In this document: positions 53,251-64,000 of the stretch, in pieces
Layout of the letters: the number at the start of each line of letters is the position of its first letter
How positions within the stretch are numbered: position 1 is the stretch's first letter
Source of the DNA: Eledone cirrhosa
Lineage: Eukaryota
DNA: 64,000 bases
Direction of reading: 5' to 3'
Assembly (NCBI GenBank): GCA_964016885.1
Contig: OZ024749.1
Location: 53,072,001 to 53,136,000 of the forward strand
The notes under the pieces: model-generated
What the model saw: only the letters and a program-made list of their open reading frames with translations
Database searches by the model: none
What the model was told of the DNA's origin: nothing
Position numbers and translations under genes: made by a program

Positions 53251-55039
53251 GACAGACCAGAGAGTAAAAGCCATGCCAGTCCCCCCTTCCAACCAGTCAA
53301 TGGAATTCAAAATATGCTGAGAACTTAAGCTATCCAACATATATCAGTTAGGCCATTCTTAGGCCCCCAGAATTAAAAAAAAAATCTAATCCACACCGTC
53401 TTATAGACTTCCTCACTTCATACATAGTAATTCTTGTCCAAACAAGCTCTGATAAGATGAATGACACTTTATTTTCTAGGGCGTGGGTGGCCTACTAAAT
53501 TTAGAGTGAAACTTAAACATCTTGTTGATATCTCGTTGTGAGGGTTAAGAAGTCCGCTTCACACCCACACGGCTGAGGGTTCGGTCCCACAGCGTGGAAC
53601 CTTAGGCAAGTGGTGTTATTTTTGTTATTTTTTTACCATATCGCCGGGTTGACCAGTGCCTTGGGTGTAGAATTTGGTAAAAAGAACTTCGGTAAATAAG
53701 ATAGGGCCATTGACCTTAGATTTTATCGTACTCAACAATTTTCTTCTTTTTCCTCCTCCTTTTCTTTTTGATTGATCGATACACAATATAATTATAAATC
53801 TTATGTATGGTTACGGGACCATACATAAGATATATAATTATATTGTGTATCAAGATATTGTGTAGACCCTCTACACGGTCATATGACCTGCTGGAAATAG
53901 TAGCCAAATCTTCCACAAATTATGTTCTACCGTCTTAGAAAAGCTCACATTTGATAATGTAGTACTGAAGGCGAGTGGTTTAGTGGTTAGGGTGTTCGGC
54001 TGGCGATCGTGAAGTGTTGAGTTCGATTTCTGACGGCGTTTTGTGTCCTTAAGCAAGACACTTTATTTCACGTTGTCCCTGAGAATTGTGTTAAAGATGC
54101 ACACGTGTTTGTGAAATGCTTTCGTTGTTCGATCAACTGGAACACACGTCGTAGAAACCGATGAAAGACCACCAACAACGACATTACATGATGGGAAGGT
54201 CACGGCTGGAATAGCTCTGATCATAGGTCTGTTCAATGAAAGTTTATCTAAGTTTAAACAGCAATAAGAACTAAGCTATAGGGAAGATTCGATCGACCAA
54301 ATTCCAGGCCTCATTCGCATACCAAGTAGGGTAGAACTGGTCAAATCTGACCAATGGAAACAACACGTCCATTGGTCTTTCCGTTTGTTGATACTATCTA
54401 CCAATTGTAACTCCTGGCAGAAAGAACAACGTGAAATAAAATATCTTGCTCAAGGACATAACATATCGCCCGGTCCGGGAATCGATCTTACAACCTCATG
54501 ATTGCGAATCTAATTCACGTGACCACGCGAAAGACGTGATTTTAATATGAAGCAACTGTCCGTGTAACAACGTTCTTTTGTTTTGGGAAATTGTGTTCAC
54601 TTTTCTTAAGAGTTTTATTTCAACCACTCAGGGAGTTTGTCAAGTTGAAGAAGAGTCTAGTCGCCATTTTTACTATGAAATTGCACGTGTGAATTATTTT
54701 CATCTCCCCGTTTAATTTGTTCGACATGGCATATGTCCCGTTGGTTTGCCCTCTAAAATATTATATAATTTGCTAGCGACAATTGCTAGGTGATGTCCAA
54801 AGCAAAGGTGAAGTCCACAATGAAACATTATCCCCACAGCTGGGACCCTGCTACTGCCACACCCACACGTACATCCCTGGATGACAACAGAAAACGACAG
54901 ACGCCCACCAGCATACTCCAACCTCTGGCATTCAGGTAAGCTGTTTCCTCATTGTCTCTACTACTACATTCCCCCCCCCCCCTATCGACCTGTTACTAAT
55001 ACTGTATCTACCCCTGGGTTACACACAACCTCCCATCTG

Positions 55040-55380
55040 TAACAACAATGGAGCTATAGAAGAGCGAGGCACTGCTCTCGGAGCAGATATAAATTATGCA
55101 GTGTGAAAACGCCTCAACAGATTAAGATCTGCTGTTGGTCGTGCAAAAGCCAATCTGGCAAAATAGGGATATTTAAAGGATGGGGACGTTGTGTGAGACT
55201 GCAGAAATCGAACCACAGACTACACAGCACCTCCTGATATGTCCCCTGCTGGAACATCCTTGGACAGTATTGGACTTGGCAGAGTTTAACGAGAAAGGAC
55301 AGCAATGTGTTCAGCTTTGGCGGAACCACATCTAGCCAAGCTTTGTAGCCGACTCTCTTGTGGGCACGACTAGAAAAAGA
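55040..55380 (+). mobile_element. Non-LTR retrotransposon C-terminal fragment
   Basis: Frameshifted LNRLRSAVGRAKANLAK*GY...C...HLLICPLL zinc-knuckle-like C-terminus. Confidence 0.55.
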
Positions 55381-55877
55381 CTCACAACCTCACGGTCGAA
55401 AATACCAACTCCCTAACCACTCAGCCACACGTTAGAATGTCTCCATTCCAATTGTGATAATTCTTTAGATTTATTTACTTTGTTTCACCAAAACATGGAA
55501 TAGAACATTTCAATTTAGAGATTCAGCCTTTGTTGGAATACGAGATCATTTTCAACTTTTTAAAAGAAAATTTCACCATTTCTACTGCTTCACACATTAC
55601 GTGTTAAAAACGTGTTTAAAACGTCGTTAAAAACGTGGTTAAAACGTCGTTAAAAACGTGGTTAAAACGTCGTTAAAAACGTTTAAAACGGCGTTAAAAC
55701 GTGGTTAAAACCTTTGTGATTTTTCTTCAGTCCCTCCAACTCAATATCAGATTTCTACCACTAATTCTGACCAGATAAGCTGGAATAAATTAAGTTATTT
55801 TATTTTATTTTATTTATTATATTGATACAATGTCCTTGGCTGTGGGGCTAAAACAAACTAGAGAACATATTTATCTC

Positions 55878-56139
55878 CAGTAACGTAGCTATGGAGGGTG
55901 TGAGAGGGATGGCTCCTCCCTCTGGTGACACTTTTATGCGGTGGGGGGAGAAGAGCGGCTGCACTTTAAGAGGAAGTCATTGTGCAATATGTAGTATTTT
56001 TTTAGAGTTGGGGTATAGGGTGAGATGAGGCGCCAAATTCAAGGGCTACCCGTGGGTGGCACACACGGGTATAGGGTGAGACGAGGCGCCAAACTCAAGG
56101 GCTACCCGTGGGTGGCACACATGGGTAGCTTCACCACTG
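55878..56139. mobile_element. hAT-type MITE with an internal ~50-bp tandem duplication
   Basis: Termini CAGTAACGTAGCTA and TAGCTTCACCACTG; duplicated gggtatagggtgaga...gtgggtggcacac. Confidence 0.55.
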
Positions 56140-56539
56140 TCTACATCATTTATTAAAGTCATAAGTCCTCGTGTAAAGATTATAAATGTTACTTAATCTC
56201 CTGATTAAAAAAAAATCTGACTTGGTCCATGTAGACCCGTCCAACCCATGCTGGCAGAGAAAGCGGACGTTAAACAACGACGATGGCGATGACAACGATG
56301 GCGATGGCATATCAATAGTAGTTGATTTATCGATCAGGGGATATATCGATCACGGTTAAGATAATTTCAGTTGAAGTTGTAATAGAAAATGGGGAGACAT
56401 TGAAGTAAATACAACAAGGTAGCAGTCCCTACTTAAGTAAATACAATAATACATTTATCTAGTTTAGACTTTAGGTCGACACTTCACATTTCCTGTTGTA
56501 TACATTGCTGCTAATGTATGTATATAGTGTGTTTGGTAT

Positions 56540-56603
56540 ACACATATACACCGGTGTGTGTGTGTATATATATGTATGTGTGTGTGTATATATATGTATG
56601 TGC

Positions 56604-56647
<44 letters not shown>

Positions 56648-56954
56648 ATGTATATATATATGTATGTGTGTGTATGTATATATATATGTATGTGTGTGTA
56701 TGTATATTTGTATGTATGTGTGTGTATGTATATATATATATTTGTATGTATGTGTGTGTATGTATATATATATATTTGTATGTATGTGTGTGTATGTATA
56801 TATATATATTTGTATGTATGTGTGTGTATGTATATATATATATTTGTATGTATGTGTGTGTATGTATATATATATATTTGTATGTATGTGTGTGTATGTA
56901 TATATATATATTTGTATGTATGTGTGTGTATGTATATATATATATTTGTATGTA

Positions 56955-56985
<31 letters not shown>

Positions 56986-57446
56986 TTGTATGTATGTGTG
57001 TGTGTGTGTATATATATGTGTGTATATATATATGTGTGTATATATATATATATGTGTGTGTATATATATATATATGTGTGTGTATATATATATATATGTG
57101 TGTGTATATATATATATATGTGTGTGTATATATATATATATATGTATGTGTATATATATATATATGTATGTGTATATATATATATATATGTATGTGTATA
57201 TATATATATATATGTATGTGTATATATATATGTATGTGTGTATATATATATATGTGTGTATATATATATATGTATGTGTGTATATATATATATGTATGTG
57301 TGTATATATATATATGTATGTGTGTATATATATATATGTATGTGTGTATATATATATGTATGTGTGTATATATATATGTATGTGTGTATGTATATATATA
57401 TGTATGTGTGTATGTATATATATATGTATGTGTGTATATATATATA

Positions 57447-57487
<41 letters not shown>

Positions 57488-57546
57488 ATGGGTGTGTAGA
57501 TATATATATTTGTATGTGTGTGTATATATATGTATGTGTGTATATA

Positions 57547-57577
<31 letters not shown>

Positions 57578-57869
57578 ATATATGTGTGTGTGTGTGTATA
57601 TATATATGTGTGTGTATATATATATATATATTTGTATGTGTGTGTGTATATATATATATGTATGTATGTGTGTGTGTGTATATATATATGTGTGTGTATA
57701 TATATATATATATATTTGTATGTGTGTGTATATATATATATGTATGTATGTGTGTGTATATATGTGTATGTATGTGTGTGTGTATATATACATATACATA
57801 TATATATATGTGTGTGTGTGTGTGTCGTATGGACCTGTAACTCCTGATAGAACCCCTCCTCTCTCTGGG

Positions 57870-57905
<36 letters not shown>
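56540..57905. repeat. 1.4-kb compound (TA/TG)n microsatellite
   Basis: Direct inspection. Confidence 0.95.
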
Positions 57906-58445
57906 ATATATAGAAACGTGAGAAAGGGAATTACCATATTGTGTACCGACACCAAAAGAAACCAGTTCTGGTGCAGATCTGTGTGTGGAGATGTCGGTCA
58001 GTTCCAAGGAGTTACCTCACCAAACAAGTTTTGGCAACCGGACCATTTTAAATATTTGATTATTTCATGACTCTTCTCAACAGATGTTAACCAACTTGTT
58101 TTGTTTTGTGTGGGGTGTTATTAGACTTGTGAAGGCGCATGGCTTAGTGGTTAGAGCATTGGGCTTGCAATCGAAAGGTTGTGAGTTCAATTCTTGGACT
58201 GGGTGATGTGCTGTTTCCTTGAGCAAGACACTTTATTTCACGTTGCTCCAGTTTACTCAGCTGTAGAAATGAGATGATAGGACTGGGGTCCCTATCATTA
58301 AATCACCCAAGACACCCCCAACGAGATATACCTTGGAGGAGGCCAGCTAAATCTGCACATTAGACTCAAGCCTGTCGTCTGCTACAGGTTTATCCCGTTT
58401 CAATATATGGACGCCGCTATTCTGTTCTGACTATTTGGTTACGTG

Positions 58446-58496
<51 letters not shown>

Positions 58497-61400
58497 AAAT
58501 TGAAAATATTTGTTAATATGATGTTGTTCAGTCCCAGGTTGCCTCTGATCCAATAGACCTTTGCATTTATGATACTGTTGTAGTTACTGTTGCTGTTGTT
58601 ACTCTTATTGTTTAGGCCCAGATTTTCCTCTGACCATTCTGTCTTTTTAAGGGTACAGCATAGAACACTTTCAACCATGGTTGGCCGTGGGCTTGCACCT
58701 ACAATCCAACGCAAAAGCCTGGAAAAAAGTTTTTTTTTTCTTTTTGTCGTCGAAGATCATGATAATCCTATTTTAACAGTTGTTTTAATGTCTGTTTTCC
58801 CTGCTAGCAAAGGTTATACAGGTCTACATAGACCAAGTCAATACTGAAGTGGGGCTGGCTACTGATCTCCCGTCAGTTCTGAAGCAGGGCTGGCTACTGA
58901 CCTCCCAGACAGGCCGAGGGATCTGAGTCTCGCTTATGAATGGTGTCATATAGAAAAACAAACCTTTTTCTCAATAATTAATTCATGTCAACACCTGATT
59001 GATAATTAGCTAAAGGTGTTTCATTTATTTCTTATGGAGAGAAACAGAAGGTTTCCAATGTAGGGAAGGGGAGAGAGGGGGATTAATGAATGACTTTGAA
59101 TGACTTTGTAGGCATTATTAATATGGGGTACGTGGTGTGACATTGTCTTGGAACCAGGTCAGAGATATGATAAGTCATTTACTCCCGCTAGCTTCATTGT
59201 TTAGTACAACAGAATATTAAGTCAATATAATATAGTCCCTCCACCTACAATAGTAGCTGTGTGACAAATTGTTACAAATAAAACAAAAAAAACAGTCGGA
59301 GATAACCATCAGTGGATTGTTTGTGTTTTAGTTTGGTTTGTTCTACTTGGAGTTATACAACGTTTTCTGTGATGTCGTCTGGTTTTCTCTAATTTGTAAA
59401 TCATCAAATACGTTTTAGTGAGACTTTACACAATGTGAACCAATTTATCTAGTAGAAATCATGTTTTCTAATATGTCATTGACCTCTTGGTCCTGGCAAC
59501 AGGATGGAGAAGACATTGCCCCAGAGGACAGCAAGGGAGACACGCTGGAACACTCACTCCCCTTGGTGGGATTCGAACTTTCAGGAAGCCAATTCTTCTC
59601 CAATAACAGTGAGCAGGGATATGGTCCGAAGGCCATGAACGTCGAAGCTCTCCATTGCTACAGGTTCTACCACAAACCTATCAGCGCCATGAATTTGCTG
59701 CCTTATTATGAAATACAACGTTTTCAATTATTGTAAACGATATTAATTTCTTGTTGAACAGAAATATACAATAATGAAAGTATTTAAAAGAAAAAAAAAA
59801 AAGAGACTGAAATAATGGTTTCTAACTTAAGCACAAGGTCAACAATTTGGTCGTTTGTATGGCAGGTTTTCTGTGGCTGAATGTCCTATCACCAACCACT
59901 TTACAGAGTGTACTGGGTGCATTCATCATCTAGACTACCAACACTAGAGAGGTTGTCATGCCTTTAACACAACTAACGAGTTCTCTCGGCCCTTTCTTGG
60001 CAGGTTTTCTGTGGCAAAATGTCCTCCCTATCATCAACCATTTTACAGAGTGTACTGGGTGCATTTATCATGTAGACTACCAACACTAGAGTGGTCATCT
60101 TTGACAACTAACGAGCCCTCCCGACACTTTGTTTGGCATTAGAGATAGCGAGAGTAGTAAAGTCTTCCTGCTTATTGTTGCCACAATCAAATTCCTTAAA
60201 AAATGTGTCCAATACAAATAAGATGCACTGTTTTTTGGCAATGTTGTTGTTCCATAACCCATTTTCACAGATGAACCAAATATGGTCAATAACATTGCAC
60301 ATAGCTTATTATTATTTATTTATTTATTTTGTCAACTGTGGACAAATGAAAGTTCAAGTTGACCTTTGTTATGTTTCAACTCAGAAACAATATTAAATAC
60401 AAAATCATTAACTAAACAATAAACCATTTTTACCAACTTGCCACTCAAGAATATTTTGTAATGCAGACTTTTCTTACAACGGTTTAAGATTTCATATTAA
60501 TGAGAGAGCGAGAGAAAGAGAGATTAAAGCGGTACATATGAACCGTCTGTTATCCTCCCACCCCCTACATCATTGGTAGTGTACAACACTGACTTAGGGC
60601 TAAGGAATTAATTTAACTTTCACCACAAACTCATGTGCTGCATTAATCACCTTCAGTATTAATTTATGATTAGAAAAAAAATTAAAGATAAAACAAAGCT
60701 GATAAAAAAAGTAATTATAATTGTTTGTTTATTTGCCATGGGGGTAATGGCTGACAAGGTATTACAAGAATTACACGCAATGAGGGGTGGGGTGCTTACA
60801 TAAAGTCGAGTTTGAGAAAACAGACATCAAATAATATACAAAACAAAGGAAACAGTTGTCCCAAAAGGGGGACATCTGCCAAGAATCAATAAAAAGAACA
60901 TTACCTTGATTACCTGTGGCAGATATCTTCTCCCAGATCTCTTATTTGGACTATAGGCTCAGTCACTAGATCGTAGTACAAACCATTTTTATCCACCTTT
61001 GGACAAATTTACTGGACGGCAACATTTCTTTCCTCCCGTCTCTCTCTATCTCTGTACCTCACTAAGTAGAACTTGGAAAAAGTTGAGGGCTTGCTTAGCT
61101 AATAATTGTTTCTACTTTTGGCACAAGGCCAGAAATTACCCAGTGCATTACTGGTAAAGATCAGGATGTTCCCAAGAATCCTCTTAGACACCTGAAGAAG
61201 TCTGATTGTTCTGCCACAGTCAGAGTATAAACAGGCACACCTTTGCTGATGTTCATAGCCCAGGATGTTCCAAAGAATTCTCCCAGACACCTGAAGTCTG
61301 ATTGTTCTGCCACTAAAGGCTCACCTTTGCTGATGATGTTCTCATTCCAGGATAATTCACCCCTCCCCCAACCCCCCAAAAAAACAACAAACCAAAACAT

Positions 61401-61745
61401 CAAAAAGCAATAACAATACAATAAAACAATAAAAAAGCTAGAGACAATAGTGTATATAACTGGTCAAGCTAAGTGTATTGAGTTCTCATTTGGCCATAGA
61501 GAGATAGTTATTGATTTATTGAAAAACTGACCAATATAAACCATTCAAAACAAAAGAGATTAATAAGTGAAGTATTCTTGACACACAGACACGAGGGAAG
61601 GAATGGAGAGAAAATGTTTTAATAATAGAAACATTGAGGATGGGAGGGCAGTGGCTAACTTTTGATATTCACAGGATTTTATATGTCCTCCTGCAAAAAT
61701 ACTGAGACAAAAATTGAACCACAAAAATATACATCTTACCATGTA

Positions 61746-61823
<78 letters not shown>

Positions 61824-61894
61824 ATTTAAAACCATATATATATTTATATATAATGTTGTGTCTGATTTAAAACCATATATATATATATATATAT

Positions 61895-62033
61895 AACAAA
61901 GGAATTGTGGTAAGGAACCAGATGGACCATAACGCACCAGAGTACTCAATACTTAGGGTAGTAGAGTGGGAAATAGGAAAAAAGAAATAGCCATCGAAAC
62001 GGCTTGAGCTCTGCCGTCGGGGTCATACTTTTT

Positions 62034-62037
<4 letters not shown>
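61895..62037 (+). mobile_element. (TA)n-embedded family D element with GAGTACTCAATAC and a hammerhead 3' half
   Basis: GAA-ACGGC(ttgagctct)GCCGT-C-GGGGTC at 61996-62024; internal taggaaaaaag pairs with terminal ctttttccta. Confidence 0.7.
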
Positions 62038-62068
<31 letters not shown>

Positions 62069-62072
<4 letters not shown>

Positions 62073-62555
62073 GGTTGTTTTGGAAGCCTCAACAATGCAG
62101 ATGGGTAAATCTCCAGGTAACAGAATCAGGTGGTAATGAGAGAGATGTAAGAGGAAATTTAAAATGAGACGTATAGGGTGTAGAGGAACGTAGGAAAGAG
62201 TGTAAAAATAATAACACGAGATAGTTACCTTGGGAGAGATTTAATTGTCCCTATATTTCGGATTTCGCATCCATCAACGATAGACAACAGAGGCCACATG
62301 TTGTCTCTCTCCAACTAAAAAGCCTTCCCCCTCGGAAAACCCCCAGCTGATGGATGCGAAATCCGAAATATAGGGACAATTAAATCACTTCCAAGGTAAC
62401 TATCTCGTGTTATTATTTTTACACTCTTTCCTACGTTCCTCTACACCCTATACATCTCTTTCTACATTTTCTCTTACATCTCTCTCATTACCACCTGATT
62501 CTATTACCCGGAGATTTACCCATCTGGTTTGCTGAGGCTTCCAAAACGACCAATT
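62069..62555. mobile_element. Long foldback element: ~208-bp arms (62069-62276 and 62348-62555), 71-bp spacer, within (TA)n
   Basis: The arms are reverse complements with scattered substitutions, and their inner ends fall in a hammerhead motif. Confidence 0.88.
62341..62375 (+). ncRNA. Hammerhead motif with a mutated core (family F)
   Basis: CCC-CAGCTGA-T-GGAT(GCGAA)ATCC-GAA-ATAT-A-GGG. The core has 2 changes from CTGATGA, while the stems are intact. Confidence 0.6.
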
Positions 62556-62594
62556 TTATTATTCTACAATGCTTGAAGCAAACTTCAATACTCT

Positions 62595-62630
<36 letters not shown>

Positions 62631-62634
<4 letters not shown>

Positions 62635-62845
62635 AAAACAAGGAGAAAAAGACGATTATTACGAAGAAAAAAATAAATAAATGCCATTGTTAGTTAATAA
62701 ATAATTCAACTAATACCTTAACACTTCACACAAAGTAAAATATTTCGTTTTAATCATTTTCTAACCCAGAAAAAAGAGGGAAAAAATAAAAAGGAAAAAA
62801 AAAAATTTTTCTTCTTAATAATCGTCTTTTTCTCCCTGTTTTCAT
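62631..62845. mobile_element. AT-rich foldback element with ~45-bp inverted termini between (TA)n tracts
   Basis: gaaaacaaggagaaaaagacgattattacgaagaaaaa pairs with tttttcttcttaataatcgtctttttctccctgttttc. Confidence 0.7.
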
Positions 62846-62886
62846 ATATATATATATCCTAACTCGTGTGCTCCCTCTCCACATTT

Positions 62887-62929
<43 letters not shown>

Positions 62930-63339
62930 GTGTGTGTGAGATTTAAAACCATATATATCACCGTTTTACGTCCGTTCTTCCATGCTAGCATGGGTTAGAC
63001 GGGTTGTCCTGTTGTGGGCAGTGTCTGGTCAGCTGACCATGCCTTGCTCATACAGGAACTGATTCTGGCTTGATTTCTACAGCTGGATGCCCTTCCTAAC
63101 ACCAACCACATTTACAGTGAGTGCTGGGTGCTTTTTTCCGTGGCACCTACACGTCCACTTCACAGTGTGGGCTGGGTGCTTTTTAGCCGTGGCACCTCCA
63201 CGACCACTTTGCAGTGGGAGGGTGTGGGGGCATATTGTCTATATGCTTCAGCTTGTACCCATGGGAGGTCGGGTACTCTGTATTACTGCGTGACACCAGA
63301 GGTCACGGTCGTGTGTCATCGCCTTTAAGAGGTGTAATT

Positions 63340-64000
63340 GGGTAAGGTCGGCTTTTATCAGCACCTTTTTATGCAGCTGTCATCCTTCATACGCATCATA
63401 TGTCCATACCAACACAACCGCCTTTCCTGCAAACAGCATTTGATTCCTCTTATGCTCAGTCTCTCTCTCAATTCATTTATGCTTTGCCGTTCGCGTATAT
63501 TACTATTACACATCCATCGGAGCATGCAGGCTTCGTTTCTCTCTAATCTCCGTAAGTCTTCCACCTTCAGCACCCAGGTCTCACTACCATGTAACATTGC
63601 TGTTTGGATACACGCATCATACAGTCTGCCTTTCATTTTGAGGGAAAAGCCTTTTGCAGCTAGCAGTGGCAGTAGTTCCCTGAACTTCTTCCATCCCGTT
63701 TTTACCCTAGTTATTGTACTTTCTGAACACCCACCTCCGCTGCTAATTCGGTCACCTAGGTAGCAGAAGCTGTCTACTGTTTCTACAGAGCCCTCCCAGA
63801 GATTGGTGGTACTTGTTTCCTGTGGCTGTTTGCTGCTTGCTGTCCCAGCACAGCTGCTACATGTGAAGCCTACATTCTTAATTAAGCTTCCTGAGATCCC
63901 ACTACATCTCTTGTGTACCCATTGTTTGCATTTGGGGCAGAGAATGGAGTTCCTACCTACACCTTTCCTACATACTGAGCAAGGCCATTTCTCTGAGGGG
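63340..64000 (-). mobile_element. RTE-clade LINE ORF fragment (RT C-terminal region with a Cys/His-rich insert)
   Basis: Minus strand reads WPCSVCRKGVGRNSILCPKCKQWVHKRCSG...VDSFCYLGDRISSGGGCSES...KGRLYDACIQTAMLHGSETW...RRLCWYGHMMRM. Confidence 0.9.

Noticed and set aside
54620-54945. Possible gene start (minus-strand aaaATGGCG near 54668; plus-strand donor caggtaag near 54935)
   Set aside because: The minus frame stops after about 15 codons, no homology is recognisable, and LINE debris is adjacent.

Overview
Eukaryotic, AT-rich, microsatellite-dense genomic DNA; the SINE/LINE complement and gene content suggest a coleoid cephalopod, probably an octopus (inference). There are two spliced protein-coding genes, both on the + strand. 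The first is the 3' part of Mediator subunit MED4 (5 coding exons, 139-3935; the start exon lies upstream of the window). The second is a complete 4-exon myophilin/transgelin/Mp20-like calponin-homology gene (35116-44929, 197 aa) with a TATA/CArG promoter. The rest is tRNA-derived SINEs, RTE and Tx1/L1 LINE fragments, hAT and piggyBac-type MITEs, and mini- and microsatellites; almost all supplied ORFs are microsatellite artefacts. The main hidden signal is a set of short elements, mostly at (TA)n tracts, that carry type I hammerhead ribozyme motifs: about 8 complete or near-complete motifs and several half motifs, from several sequence families with no obvious mutual similarity. Many are foldbacks in which one arm holds the ribozyme and the inverted arm breaks off inside it, often behind a shared GAGTACTCA-like motif, consistent with non-autonomous Penelope-like or retrozyme-like elements. 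A second notable signal is a 75-nt in-frame tandem duplication in the last MED4 exon whose copies differ only at third codon positions.
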